Position numbers and translations under genes: made by a program | Shown here: positions 27,360-41,529 of the stretch, one piece after another | Layout: every line of letters starts with the position of its first letter | How positions within the stretch are numbered: position 1 is the first letter of the stretch | Source: Tubiluchus corallicola | Lineage: Eukaryota; Animalia; Priapulida | Direction of reading: 5' to 3' | Assembly (NCBI GenBank): GCA_030141605.1 | Contig: JAQGDQ010001015.1 | Span: 1-64,000, forward strand | DNA length: 64,000 bases | Notes under the pieces: generated by a model | The model's input: only the letters and a program-made list of their open reading frames with translations | Told to the model about the DNA's origin: nothing | The model's database searches: none

Positions 27360-30300
27360 CAAAATTAGTCCTACCTGAAACTTCCCCTGGGAGTTCCAGG
27401 TAGGCAGCTTATCCAAACAAAAAACCTTCTACATTCTATTGACTTTCGTGTCTGTATTTGCTTTCCATCTCTTCTAACTCTTTCACTTGGAGTTCCAGAT
27501 TAACTAAACAAAAAAGATTCTCCCGTCTATTGATAATATTGTCTGTCTTTTAACCCATTCTTTCCAGTATTTAAACAGGGCGCAACTAGGGCAAAACAGT
27601 CGTATAACCTTTATCGCTAGATATTCTTCACGCCACCTGCAGATCAAATGTAGTTCCGTCTGAGAGCACTGGGAATAGAGCTTTGTTATCAAAGCGAGGT
27701 GTGTTCTATTATTTTTGTTGGAAGTTTTATGCTTGTAATAATATATCTCCCTGGGAAACATGTTTTGTTAAGATTGAAAGGAATGTATTTTTAGATTTGA
27801 AAGCTTTTCAAAGTGTTTGTATAGCAAATATTGGGGTAAAAGCTTTTCCTATGATAATAAAGGGCGAGACAGCTTAATAATAATTCCTGTTTGGATAAAG
27901 CGGAGAAATCTGAAAGTGCTCAGGAACGTGAACAAAAGACTCTTTACATTCTGTTTTATTCAAGTTCTGTTATTGATTTTGAGCATTGTTAAACTGCTGG
28001 AAGTGGCTCGGAAGTAAAGAAAATATTTTCCCACATTTTAACATCTTGTGCAATTTACCCACACTGAATTTACCCCCTACCTGAACACCTGGGAATGATC
28101 ACAGGGAATAGTTAAGTAAGAAAAATTGAATGAACCGAATGCCCTATAACTGAGAAGGATTTTGGAACATTTTTGTTTTTCCAATGAAAAATTTACATTT
28201 TGCCAAATTTGCTGATACCGTTACATATGAAACTGTGTTAACCAGATGTAATTGAAAATGCTGGGGGGGGGGAAATTTTTGTAAATCATTTCAGCATCAT
28301 TTCAAATTCTATATGCCATTGATTCAAAATTATTAATAGGTTTCTGTAAACTTGCAGTGAATATTTTTCCATGTTATTAAGTTCATGGGCAAATCAACCA
28401 CTCAAGAATTGCTACCCCTGTGACAAGAAAGAGCTTTCAAATCCGAGGCCCATAAATATTCGTCTTAGAACTTGTTTTGTTTGTGTTGGGATGTGAAAAA
28501 TTTCTAAAATTTACTTAAAATTATCTTGTGTCAATAAATCAGCCTAGGAGCCTAAAGAAAGACTCCACCGAAAGAGTTAAGAAAATAAAGCAGAACAATT
28601 ACACACTTAAACTTCAAAGCCTGCATTCCATACCTGGGAAAGATTTAAGAAAACATAGCAGAGTATTTACAGACTTGAATTTTAATATATTGAATTTCTG
28701 CAAATATATGGGTAAAAACCAGACTCTTTTGCCATGATAACAAAGGAGAGGCTGTGTAATAATAATAGCTGTTTAGATAAGAGGTGAGGTATTTAAAGTG
28801 CTCTACCACTTGAGCAAACATGGCTCGATATGAAAGAGTAATTTTCTAAAGTGAATTGTTTGAAGAAGAGCTCTCATGTGCATCATTTCTTCCATACGCA
28901 TCGCTACACTCAGTGCTCCAGCATGTGTGCGAATGCAACACGTCTCTGTCGTGCTCTACACAGGCAGGCATACTTGGGTAAAATATTTTCGTCATCTAAT
29001 GAATGTACACTATCCAATAATGAATGTCGAGAAGTAGTAGAAAAGGCTGAATAATGAAAACTGTGTTAGTAAATTTCAAGGATTAAACCAAACAAAACCT
29101 TGTACTTAAATAAATCTGTGTCTTCTTGTTACACTGGCAAATATTTTGTGGGAGGGCTGTAGGCGGCAAAAATGCATCACTAGTCTTGTATCTGCTTTAG
29201 GTCTGTACGAGACAGTATAGGAATCTTAACTCATGTCAAAACTAGATTTTTTTCTTATTCCTGGGCTCATTTTTGGCACACAATGTGCGCAACACAGAAA
29301 GTTCTGTCCATGATTTAAATTAGATCTAAGGACAATTTATTCACATCAATAATTAATAACCACAAGACAATATCAAGTCAAAGAAAGCAATGCAAGAGTA
29401 AGATTATTCATACTAAAGAGCAGATAAAAATAATCCGAAGTTTTTGAATTTGAATGATAACAGGGTTGATGCCAGGTGATTGATATTTGAGAGACAATTT
29501 CTGTCTTCAGCAAACAAATCACTTTACGCATACGCTACACTCAGTGCTCCAGCATGTGTACGAAGGGAATGCATCTCTGCCATGCTCTGCATAGACTTGC
29601 ATATACTTGGGTAAAATATTTTCATCAACTAATGAATGTACACTATCCAATAATGAATGTCGAGATGTAGTAGAAAAGGCTGAATAATGAAAACTGTGTT
29701 AGTGAATTTCAAGGATTAAACCAAACAAAACCTTGTACTTAAATAAATCTGTGTCTTCTTGCTACACTGGCAAATATATTTGGGTGTGCGGTAGGTGGCA
29801 AAAATGCATAACTAGTCTTGTATCTGCTTTAGGTCTGTACGAGACAGTATGTGCGCAACACAGAAAGTTCTGTCCATGATTTAAATTAGATCTAAGGGAC
29901 AATTTATTTACAACAATAATTAATAACCACAAGACAATATCAAGTCAAAGAAAGCAATGCAAAAGTAAGACTATTCATACTAAAGAGCAGACAAAAATAA
30001 TCCGAAGTTTTTTAATTTGAATGATAACAGGGGTGGCGCCAGGAGATTGATATTAGAGAGACAATTTCTGTCTTCAGCAAACAAATCACTTTAGAGAATT
30101 ACTCTTTCATATTGAGCCATGTTTGGTCATGTGATTGAACACTTGTCTTGTTATTGTGCCTATAAATCCTTTTAGTCTTATAAAACTTGGCATTTCCCAT
30201 GCGGTTATATTATTACAAATCTCACTTCAAACATTGTTTAACAATTTTGATTTTAAATGCATAATACTAAATCAAAAAACAATCGTTTTTTCTCAACTCA

Positions 30301-31030
30301 CTTGCGTACTTCTTAATCACTACTGGTTGTTGTTAATTATTATTTTTTGATAAATTTTTGCACTTAATATTTTCTTCTTGTTGTTCAGTATTTACTTTAA
30401 AAAATAAATTTGTTTCTGGTTTATCGCACCAAATGAAAGCTGTTCTGCTGCTTTTCTAATATTGTTTTGGGCACGTCCACAGTAAGGATTTGTGTCATTT
30501 ACTGTTTATTCAGTCTGATCCAGGGGTAGAGCCATGCTGTGCTAGCTGTTAAATTCTACAATTTTCTTAATATAGTGTTAAATTTTTCCCGATTTTGCGC
30601 AGCCAATAAAAGTCTTTAAAGTAATAATTTGAAAAGTCATGTGTACGAAGGGAACGCGTCTCTGCCATGCTCTGCATAGACAGGCTTACTTGGGTAAAAT
30701 ATTTAATGAATGTACACTATCCAATAATGAATGTCGAGAAGTAGTAGAAAAGGCTGCATGATGAAAACTGTGTTAGTAAATTTCAAGGATTAGAGCAAAC
30801 AAAACCTTGTACATAAATAAGTCTGTGTCTTCTTGTTACGCTGATAAATATATTTGGGGGTGCGGGAGGTGGTAAAAATGCATCACTAGTCTTGTATCTG
30901 CTTTAGGTCTGTACGAGACAGTATAGGAATCTTAACTCATGTCAAAACTCGATTTTTTTCTTATTCCTGGGTTCATTTTTGGCACACAATGTGCGCAACA
31001 CAGAAAGTTCTGTCCATGATTTAAATTAGA
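27360..31030. repeat. Composite repeat block inverted relative to 5.5-14.2 kb, including three copies of a ~0.4-0.6-kb unit
   Basis: 27660-28320 is the reverse complement of 13370-14080. The unit taatgaatgtacactatccaataatgaatgtcgaga occurs near 28997, 29630 and 30704. Confidence 0.8.
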
Positions 31031-31899
31031 TCCAGTTTCTGTCAATGATCGTATACTCAAATAAGCCAAAGAGATTTTTTAAACATCCGTTGATAACAAC
31101 AAGACTATTTCAAATCAATGAAAGCAATGTTAATTTAAGATTCAGTTCAAGAGTTTATTCATTTCCACTTTGCATCTTACAATTATCATTAAAATACAGA
31201 TAATTATCCATTTAAGTAAATATAAATATAAATAAATGCAGTGTTATCGAGAAATTACAAAATGCAGCATATACATGTGCAAATTACATTATAGAATAAT
31301 TGTGATGCATACAGTTTGAGCCTAAAATCACGGCTTGACAGGCCAAACTGTACGTGGAAATCTTAAAAAAAAGTGGGGGGAGTAGTAATTTCAAGAATTT
31401 ATGAAATGGTTGACCGATATTTGGAAATACAGTGAATACCTTGGCTACACAAGTTAATACTTACTAAATAATTGACCTAGAGTAAATTATTTTCCATCTC
31501 CTTTATAGGAACTAGTGTGCCCAATTTTATAAGCAGTGATGATTATGCAGTGATATAGTGCATTATTAGTAACATTTATTATAACGATCATGATGATGAT
31601 GATGGCGACGAAGAAGTTGATGATACTCATGATGATGATCTAGGTGATGATCATAATGGTGATGATGATGATGATGACGACGTTGATTAGTGATAATGAT
31701 TATTGTTATTGTTAATATGACTCCTTTTCTGGTTCCTTTTACAAACTCACTTGTAGTTTTTTTACAATTTTTTTCTACAAACTCAAATTTTTCTACAGAC
31801 AGCCACTTATCTGCACTGTCCAAAAAATATAATGGCAAATGCCCCCTTGTAATAAGCTTATTCTATAACTTGCTGAATATGGTTATCAGTGGTCATCGA

Positions 31900-32310
31900 C
31901 TGTAAATATAAATAAAACTCAAGCAGTTATTTCTTATAAAACAGGCAAAAATTTAAAAAAATATAATTTTTGCTTTAAGGATTGAAACTTTTGAAAGTAA
32001 AAGAAAAATAAGTATTTAGTTTTAGAGTTCGGTAATTTGGGTTATTTTAGGGATAGTATTAATACCATAAATGATACAGGTATGAAATGTATAAATTTAT
32101 TACATCAGACTTTATTTTCTTATGATATTAATTCACAGATAACAATAAGAATTTTCAATGCTGTCATCAGGCCTCAATGTTCGAATGCTTCAGATATATT
32201 GTTACCACATTTTTATAATTTTTGAAGAATAATGAATATTAAATTTGCAGACCTTTTCATAGGGACCTGTTACAGGGAGAGTTGCCTTAGCCATATTCTC
32301 TGTTTCTATC
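31900..32310 (+). mobile_element. LINE post-RT fragment (RTEX-like)
   Basis: KYL..F..LG and ITIRIFNAVIRPQCSNASDIL resemble the KYLG and F.A.IRP.L.YG.EIW segments. Heavily decayed. Confidence 0.5.
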
Positions 32311-32329
32311 TATCGTAAAAATAAACTGG

Positions 32330-34560
32330 AAACACAACAGATGAGTTTTTCAGAGAGCCACTCATCTATTTAGTTGGAAGTTTATATAGTGCATAACTTT
32401 CATCGCACTCTTCACGTAATCATTCAACTTTTTCTGTTGTTCTCAATAAGTGACAGAAGATCAAAAGCAGTTCCATCTGAGAGCACACAGAATAAAGTTT
32501 TGTTATTAAAGCACAGGTGTGTTCTATTATTTCTATTGACGTTAATGCTTGAAATAATATAGCACCCTGGGAGACGTGCAACGTGATGTTTTGCTAAGAT
32601 TGAAAGGACTACAATGTATTTTCAGATTTGAAAGCTTTTCAAAGTGTTTGTATTGCAAACACAGGGGTAAAAACTGGTTTTCCTTATTATTATAATAAAG
32701 GGTGAGACTGCGTAATAATAATTGCTGTTTGGATAAGACGGAGAATGTTTAGAGTGCTCAGCCACCTGAACAAAGAGTCTTTAAAAGTGAAATTCTAAAA
32801 TTCAAGTTCTGTTATTGATTTTGAGCAAGGATGAATTGCTTTCAGTGGTTCTGAACTAAAGAAAAATATTTTTCTACACTTTAGCTTCTTGTGTAAATTA
32901 ACCACACCTGAACACCTGGGAAAAGATGCCAGGGAAAGAGTTAAGAAATACCACTCAAACATAGGCGCCAAAGAATTGAACAAACTGAATGGCTTAAGAT
33001 TGGGAAAGATTTTGGGGCATTTATTAAAATTTTGCTAAACCTGCAGATACTGTTACACGTAAAACTGCTTTCACTGGATATTATTGAAATTACTTGGCAC
33101 AAAAAAATTGTAGATTATTTCAACGTCATTTCAAGTTCTGCCATTGATCTAAACATGTATTAGTAGTTTCCTGTACACAAATCCAAATCCAAGGTACGCA
33201 AATGTTTATCTTTGAACAATTTTCGCTTTGTGTTGGTGGTTAAGAATATCTTGTGTCAATATATTAGCCTGAGAGTCTAGAAAAAGATGCCTGGTGAAAG
33301 AGCTAAGAAAACAAAGCAGAGTGTTCACACACTTGAATTTCAAAAGTCTGCATTCCACACCTGAGAGAGAGAGAGAGTTAAGAAAACAAAGCAGAGTGTT
33401 TACACACTTGAATTTGAAAAGTCTGCATGCCACACCTAGGAAAGAGTTAAGCAAATAAAGCAGAGTGTTTACACACTTCAATTTCAAAGGCTGCATTCCA
33501 CACCTGGGAAAGATTTAACAAAGAAAGCAGAGCAAATACAGACAAGACTAATAATATTCTACGTACAACATTCCACTAAAATTGACAAAATCTTTTCTAC
33601 AAAGAAGTGTGAAGCAATAACCATTTCTCATTATTGCCTCAATACGTATTGCGTATGTCTTAGTATCACTTTCTGCACAGGAGAAACTTTAAACTCCAAA
33701 ATACCAACATTCTTTTAAATTCTTCATATTTAATTCACGATAACTAAACGAGCAAGACAAAACACGAAGGTTTGGGAGATGAACACTTTCTTTGTGAAGC
33801 AGCAGCAGGTTCTAGTAGATCAAATGGAAAGTATGAATGAGATTAATTATGAAATTAATCCATCACAGCAGTATCTCAATGCAGTTACCAATTTTTGGGG
33901 TAGCTGATTTAATCATTGCTTTGCAGAGTGATGCAAACTGATTCAGTGTTCTGTTTCTTTATCTAAATAAAATGTTTTCATTATTCGAAAAATCAATATT
34001 GCCGAGGAAATTCTGCAACAATTTGAGCAAATAAGCCACATGGATACATTCTTTTGAGGATTATACCTCGAGTGAAATGAGTTTTGAACTTATGATTTAT
34101 AGACACTGATTCGCGATCAAGAAGTTTGCAAAAATATTTTTCAAAGTCACGCCCAATAAAAGCACTTTCAAATTCAATACGTCTATATTTGGTTTAAAAC
34201 ATGGATGAATATTTTACTTCTTTGTGTTAAACTGTGAAAAAGTAATTTACCAGATTTCAGAATTCTTAAGTAAACTAGTCACACCCTGTTTACTGTTTAA
34301 ATGCTGGAAAGAATGAGCTGAAAGACAGAGAATATTATCAATAGACTGGAGAATATTTTTTGTTTGGTTAAGCTGCCACCCTGGCACTCCCGGTGAAAGA
34401 GTTAAGAAAAGACTCATAGCAAATAGAGACAGGAGTATCAATAGTCTGCAGAAGCTTTTTGATTAGCTAACCTCGGGAACCCCAGTGAATGCTAAGAAGA
34501 GATGAAAAGCAAATGCAGACAAGAATGTCTACAGAATATAAACTTTTTAAAATTAAATCA
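32330..34560. repeat. Composite repeat block including a ~68-bp x4 tandem at 33290-33540
   Basis: 32330-32940 is an inverted copy of the 6060-6650/7600-7980 module. The unit gaaagagttaagaaaacaaagcagagtgtttacacacttgaatttcaaaagtctgcattccacacctg is repeated. Confidence 0.75.
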
Positions 34561-36543
34561 TCACCCTGGATCACCATTGAAAGAATGGCAAAATACTTCA
34601 ATTGAGTTAAAAGTACCGGATTGTAATCACAAATGATCCGAGCAGAATCATGTTTATGACGTGAAGTATTGAAAGTTATACTTATTGCTATGAACAACAT
34701 GCTTCAAATGAGCTGTACCACTAGGCACTAACAGATTATTAACTAAAATTACCAAAATTTAATCTCCTTTGCCAAAAGAGAGCTTATCATGTCAAATCAT
34801 TATCATGTCTTATCATTGAGAGCCCACAGGTAGAGGTGACAGAACAAGAGCAAGAAAATAAATTTTGGAAAATGCAGAAAAGTTTATTAAAAGACTGAAA
34901 ATAATGTTACGAAGGCAGATTATGACCAACCCCCTAATGTTAGTAATGGGTATGGTTGAGAAGCCCAGTAATGCATATGTACCTGTATAAAACAGAATGC
35001 ATGCCGTAATTTGACGATTCCAACCTGGCCTTTCTGTCTGTAAAGGTGAATGCGGTAAGTTTGCTGATTTTTATACAAAAGTCTGTTCACATGTCATGGG
35101 GTTACTGGTTGTGCATTAAAGTTTATTTTACATTCGTATTCTTTTTACTTTTCTCGTCTGCTGTAAAGTATTTCATAACTTGTATGTCGCTCTATACATC
35201 CTGAGACGGATCCGCGCTGGAACCCGGATCCATTACAATAACATGGAAGATTTTAACATTTGTGCGAAACAGCTCAAATCCAATGTATAAACGAAGATTC
35301 CTGTGCAACAACCCCGATTGATTGAATAAATGCTATTGCAAATGTTTGACACAATAACTCTTTAGAGCCTCGGTAAATTACGTCACAGTTTGTTGTGAAA
35401 TACTAAACATGAATGAATAATTTCCTGCATGTTTGTGAAGTAATGAAATGTATTTCAACAAATTCACACTTTTGCAAATACGTAAAACCTGGAAAAAGAT
35501 GCCAAGATAAGTGTTAGGAACATCTATAGATTAAAATAAATTAAATGGATTCATAATTTTTCTTACTGAACGTATGCGCTGTTGTAGAGCTGGTAAAAGA
35601 ATACTCTACGAAGATTTTGCTCTTACAAAAATAGCAGGGCTAAAAATACAAAAACTGTTTGTTCCAGAAAGCTTGAAATAGGTACTCGTGGTGCACTGTA
35701 ATTATTCGTTTACTTGGACAAGCAAAAATTTGAAAAATTAAGTTTATTTTAGCACCCCCCAAAAAAACAAAGTTTTAACAGCTGTGTACATACGTTCTAA
35801 ATTTTGCCAAACTGACTTTTTGCACTTTGCAATAGCTGACACTATGTGAGCAGCTAGAATTTAGTCACTCGTGACAGTTCAGTGGCTCGTCTTACGGGTA
35901 AGAACAAAACCTTATGTGCTAAACTTTCATGCCTTCAATTTCAATGAAATATAGAAAAGTAACGATCAATATGCAACTAAATCATATAATGAAATAAGTT
36001 CTGTTGCTTTCTTCATTTTCAGTGTTTGTATATTTTTTTTTGCAAACCAATGGATAAAAGATTTGCTTCAATGCCACTCTTTAGCTGAGGCTATTATTAA
36101 CACGTCAAGGTAATTTTTGTTGCACCTGGGCGTGCATTCACAGAAAGTAACAGCAACCATGGCAGCTAGCGTTGAACAGTTTTTTAAGCAGATTTGATGT
36201 TTCAGATGCATAATATCCTTTCTGAAAACCTTATTAGCGATTGAATGCAAGTTCTTACATTTGACACTGATGACAATGAAATTATTTTGAACGATAATTC
36301 ATCTGACATTGCATGAAGAATATAAAGTCTGTTTAACTATAATTAGTTTGCGTTTATTTGTGTTATGCTAAAAAATTGCTAGCATTACAATAAAATTGCG
36401 ATTTTTTTAATTGAAATTAACATACAGCTTCAACAGACAAGCAGATACAGTTAACGGAGAAACGGTGACAGTAACCTGTTAGATGCGTGTTAGATGCTGA
36501 TAGATTAATTAATGTAGAAAAATGCATCACAGGCATGATGTAC

Positions 36544-36893
36544 TGTTGTGGAGATCGCTGGCATCTATTAGAATTACATAGAACGTTGTATAATGTTCTG
36601 CTAGAATGATCGTCTTACCGTGTGGAACGTTCTGGAACAAAACTTCTGGAAGCTTCTTGGGCACGCTATATAAGGAGAAGCAGGCTGCTGAGACGGGAGC
36701 ACTTACACATTCTCTTGTATACTTACATTTTCAGATACACTTAAACGTTTTCCAGATTTTTACATTTACTGTAAACATTTCGCATTCCTTCATATTTTTG
36801 TGTTGTAGAATTCTCGCTTAATAAACTAATTTAACTTGAGGGCGTGTTTTCTGGTTTTCTCTACGAGCCTTTCAAGAGAAACAAAATACAACA
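36544..36893 (+). mobile_element. Solo LTR (350 bp)
   Basis: TGTTGT...ACAACA inverted ends, 5-bp flanks TGTAC/TGTGC (one mismatch), TATATAAG near 36667 upstream of AATAAA near 36820. Confidence 0.75.
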
Positions 36894-37058
36894 TGTGCCT
36901 ATGTTCAAAGTCAAGAGACTTAATATTTCTGGCTCCTTGAAATTAATTTCGTGGAAAAATAGCTGCTGTTTTGAAAGTTTGTGTTTATAAAAAATGAAAT
37001 CAATTTACCTATTTATTCGACAATAGTTGTTGTGTCATTTTGTTTAGTTTACTTTACT

Positions 37059-38344
37059 TATCACGACCCTTTTTCTCGATAGATAGATCGTGTAGTTTAT
37101 CTAGCCATATCGAGTGATCGTGAATTAATCGTATAGTTTTATAGATTGTGTAGATTGTACAGATTGTATAGATTCGCTTCCTGTTCGCTATAAGGTGATT
37201 GATCGCTTTTCAGTCACCTGACTCCGAGGGCTTTAGTTCAGTCTATCAGGCGGTGATGCTGTCCTTCAAGACTTTCACTTCGACCTTGCGTTGTGAGTGA
37301 AGGTCTTCTTCCCTCAAGTTATCGAGCGTTGCTCCCGCAATTGAGCTTTCTTTAGTACAATGCGAATCTCTCAAGTTCGTATCTAGGATTTAGTGTTGCT
37401 TTACTGTGAATGCTCTTAATTAGACAAGAACTCGTTATCTGCGTTACTACAGTGAACGACTTTATTCGATTACAAATTACACGTTATCTACTAGCTTTTC
37501 TTTACACGATTTGTCCTTATATGCCAGTGGGCGCTTACAACTAGAGTATAGCTCCTAAGAAGATGCTATTCACTTTAAGTAATAACAGTTCGATATGCTG
37601 CACTGAAGGTGCTTAGTACAATGTGAATGCTACAGTTATACAGATTTAGACTCAGATACAAATAAGTTGAAGTCACTTAACTTGTGGATTGACCAATGTA
37701 CCCTTACACTTGGTCAAATCCTGATTGCTTAACGAGACCACGTCGCACCAGTGCTCAGTATTGGCTAAGAATGCAGAATCCAATCCACGCTGGGCTAAAA
37801 CGCTGCTTCTGTCTTCTAAAAGTTTGTCCCGGACACACGGTGTGGTAGCAAGCCACTTGTCAGACTCCCTCGCTCGGTTGGTATGTGACACTCGTGTCGT
37901 GTCACCCCGTTGTGTGCTTTTCGAGTCGCACACCGTCGTATGTAATTATCTAGTCTCTTACCAGAGTTTATATTTCTGAGAGCTGACCTTCGATGATATT
38001 GCACCATATGGCAACATCTGCAGCATCTGCTACCTCCCGTCAAGAGACTTCTGATTTTACAATCAGTAATGACTTCTCTTGAATTCCATCATCTTTTGAG
38101 ATATTCCTACCGTCGTCGGCAAATTTTCAGATTTCTCTCTCTAATGTCGCTGAGCACTGATAGAGACCTTGGCTGCTATCATAAAGTTACTTCTACGCGA
38201 CATCTAAATCGCTCTAGAAGCTCTCTTAATTAGCTCTTACTCTGCATGTATCCATTTAAGACAATAGTGTCTTCCTTAGACAAGACACCTGCATTTCTAT
38301 AACTCCCTAAACAAGACACCTGCATTTCTATAACACGTGTGACA
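37059..38344 (-). mobile_element. Probable long solo LTR (about 1.29 kb)
   Basis: Minus strand starts TGTCAC and ends GGGTCGTGATA (one mismatch to GTGACA). TATA-like ATATAAA near 37970 precedes AATAAA near 37465. Internal 31-bp duplication at 38281-38335. TSD is poor. Confidence 0.45.
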
Positions 38345-39699
38345 ATTCTGTCGCATTAAATTCGGACTACCAGCTGGGTGAGTTTCTCCGTCAACCGTGT
38401 AAATTTATCTCATGAAATCAGGGAGGCGTGAGTTTATCAACTGAATCTAATTCAGCTGATAACTCCATTAATTATCTTCCAAAATACATATTCATAAATT
38501 TATTCACAACAACATAAACAAAAGTAAATTAAAGGGGTAAAAATTTAATTATTTACTCAATTGATCATTTAATTAATTACTTAATTAATTAGCAGCTAAA
38601 CCTTGTCGGCTTAATAATACCTAGACACAAAAAGATGCAAATACTACAGAGAGTTATTGTAAGCATTTTTGTGAAATGCTGCCTGAACATTTTAATGAAG
38701 CGATCACTGATTACGAAGAGTAAGGGAACGCTAACTCTCTTCTCCCAACTCTAATTTCTTATTAAACTTATTCACTTTTTTACTCATTCTATAGTTAAGT
38801 TAATGCAAACACACTAAGACGCCGTTTCCTTTTTTCCTTAAAAACAATCAAATTTCATTTGTAAAACGTGCAGTAGCACTGTAGGCTGTTGATTAAATTT
38901 TGGTATCCGCACTGTACAGGTTCCTAAAGTATAGGCTTTATTTGTGCAAGGTGTTTCGCACACGCATTTAAATTGGAAATAGCCAGTCAAATGCTGTTTT
39001 TATATAAACTTTATTTGTTTTAAATGGTATTATTACCGATTGGAGTTTTCCCTCTGTGCAACAACGGCATCTTATTCGCGCACAGATATACATCTGATTA
39101 TCAAGAAAATAGTGGCGTAGTTAGTTCAAAAACGCAAGTAATACATCAGTTAACACTTAAATTTGAAATATACAAAGCCCACAGAAGTACAGATGCGATG
39201 CCAGATACAATTATCAATGTACATAATCATATTAGTTATGTAATCCTATGATCCCATAATCCTATACACAAGTGTGATAGGCTCAATAATTGGTGCTTAA
39301 ATCGAAAGTCTAAATACAAAATAATTCAGGTTACAAATCAATTACACTTACAATCAATTAGCAAAACGTTTAGCAGACATCACGCAGTTCTGCAAACACT
39401 TTGAAGAGAATGCCTCAGGAATGTATGACCTGCTCTGTATTTATGAAAAATGTTGTTGTAAATGATAGCAGTTTTAGGATTGTCGTGTAATTCTTGAGTT
39501 ATGTACTGATAATAATCGAGTTTGTCCAATAATAGTGCTCTGCATATGTCATGGCATGAATACTAAAAAAAATGGCGAGGAGTCTCAGTGGAATTGTTGC
39601 AGCTGCAGGTCATCGATAATATTCCTGGAAAACAAATCATCTTTTAATTGCGAAAAAGTGGCAATAAAACTATTAGTTGAAGTCTCTTTACTTCGATCA

Positions 39700-40470
39700 T
39701 CAATATAAGTGGGGCTTACTGATTCAGTACGAACTCCCCATAGGTTCAGCAATCTACTTTTAAAGGCAAATAGAGAAAGGAAAGTTTGACTGTTTTCAAT
39801 TGGTAAATTATTCCGTTGGTGTATGCCTTTTTTGGAAAAAACTATTATAGAGCTGTCGTGTAGACTTTAAGAGAAACGGGAAGCATAATGGCTGTTGGGA
39901 CGGAATATTTTTAATATTTCAATCAAGTATTGAGGAGCCTAATTATAACATATTTTTTGGATTATTCGATCAGTTTGCAGTTCACTCCTCATTGCACACC
40001 AAGCATTATGTTAAGATTTTGTTTGGCTCGAACCCTTCATTGGCCCAGACATTAACAACAGTTCGATATGTCACACTTTCAATTCTAACGAAATTTGAAT
40101 TTGAACAACTTGACCAAATCGCATATTCTATAGCAGGTCTAACAAATGCATCATACAAAGTAATTAAGTTACAGGTACATAGATTATATTTTAGTAGGTA
40201 AAGTAAGTTAGAATAACCTGCATACAGCTGCATAATGGCAGATATTTCATCACGCCAGAAACGTCAATGGACGCATAATTGATCCTTGGGGGACTCCTGC
40301 CGCCATGTACTTCCATTCAGAGACAGATGTCAACCGTTTGGTGACAATTATCTAAATAGCTTTTAGCCAGTCTAATAGCGGTCCTCGAATGCCAGCTGCA
40401 TATAGACAAGTTGAAAGACACTTCCATCATTCCAAACTCGACAGAATGCTTTGGATACATCTAATTGTTT
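39700..40470 (-). mobile_element. Decayed CR1/L2-type LINE reverse transcriptase fragment
   Basis: LDVSKAF, AAGIRGPLLDWL, SEWKYMAAGVPQGSIM and LYDAFVRPAIEYA appear in order across frameshifts and deletions. Confidence 0.8.
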
Positions 40471-40599
40471 ACTTTTAGCTTGAAATTTACAAATCTTTTG
40501 TTGTTGTCGCCCCTTTCTGTTTGCAACTTTTCTTGTCATGTAGATATTTAGTAATATTTTCTTCAGAAATTAACTCAGTTTTTATCATTCCAGCTTGTC

Positions 40600-40680
40600 A
40601 TTACGGGTGGCAGAGTTTTTAAGGTAATGGACTGTGGGTGCTACTTTGCTGACAGCCCGTGTTCGAATCTTACGACCGCC
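40600..40680 (+). pseudogene. tRNA(Ser/Leu)-like sequence, SINE-head type; not a functional tRNA
   Basis: A-box-like GTGGCAGAGT..TAAGG.AATGGACT and B-box GTTCGAATC (40661). The D-loop GG is lost and the stems are imperfect. Confidence 0.55.
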
Positions 40681-40808
40681 TGTATTGGCGCACACAATGT
40701 TTTATCTGTGTTTATTATTTGTGGCACAAAGTTGTTGAACATAACCCGTGTAACATTATTTGTAGACCTGTGTTTAGGTGAATAATGTTATGTTTGATTT
40801 GTTTTACT

Positions 40809-40846
40809 GTTCCTGATGAAGCACAGTGTACGTGAAACACGTGGAA
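40809..40846 (+). ncRNA. Degenerate minimal hammerhead ribozyme motif (Penelope/retrozyme type)
   Basis: ttc-CTGATGA (40813)-short stem II-GAAA (40834)-CACG-T-G-gaa, followed by AATAAA near 40853. The cleavage-site base is G and stem II has a mismatch. Confidence 0.5.
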
Positions 40847-41529
40847 GATATTAATAAAGATGTCTGTGAAATATAATTAACGTAAAACCATTGAGTTTAT
40901 TTACATTGTTCTCTGCTTAAGCTTCAAAACTTCAATATGGCATAGAAAATTCAGAAAAGTGATACTCAGTTGTCAAAGCTTAGGATTAAAACTAATTATG
41001 ACACCTTTTCTTTCCTCATTTCTTCCTCCAATCTCAAACAATGACTGCAAACCTACTTTCTTGGGTAATTAAAGTAAACTGTAAAGTTGCACTAAAGTAA
41101 ACTGTCAAATACATAACTGTTATAAACCATTAGGTAAATAACTAGATGGAAACAGATTATTGATGATATGACGCAATTGGAGGGACCGAATTATTAGTAT
41201 TAGTACAGCAAACATTGAACAGTTTCAATAACATCATGTTTGTAAGTGAAAATCTTCGTTGTTTATCATTCCTATCACATAGTCGGCTTTTGGATTAAAA
41301 GACTTTAAAAGGTTCTTAATCTAAAATTCACCCGAAATGATAGGCAGTATATTAAATTGTGTCGTATTTGCAGTTACCTAGAATCACCTGATAAAACATT
41401 ATGTAGGCTTATAATACACAGCATCTCACATGATTCGTACGTCATGGAGGCTTGAAAGTGTTTCAGGAAGTGCAGTTCGCCGTGGTCATGAAACAAAAAA
41501 AAATTACAAAACATTCATTGTTTACCCGA

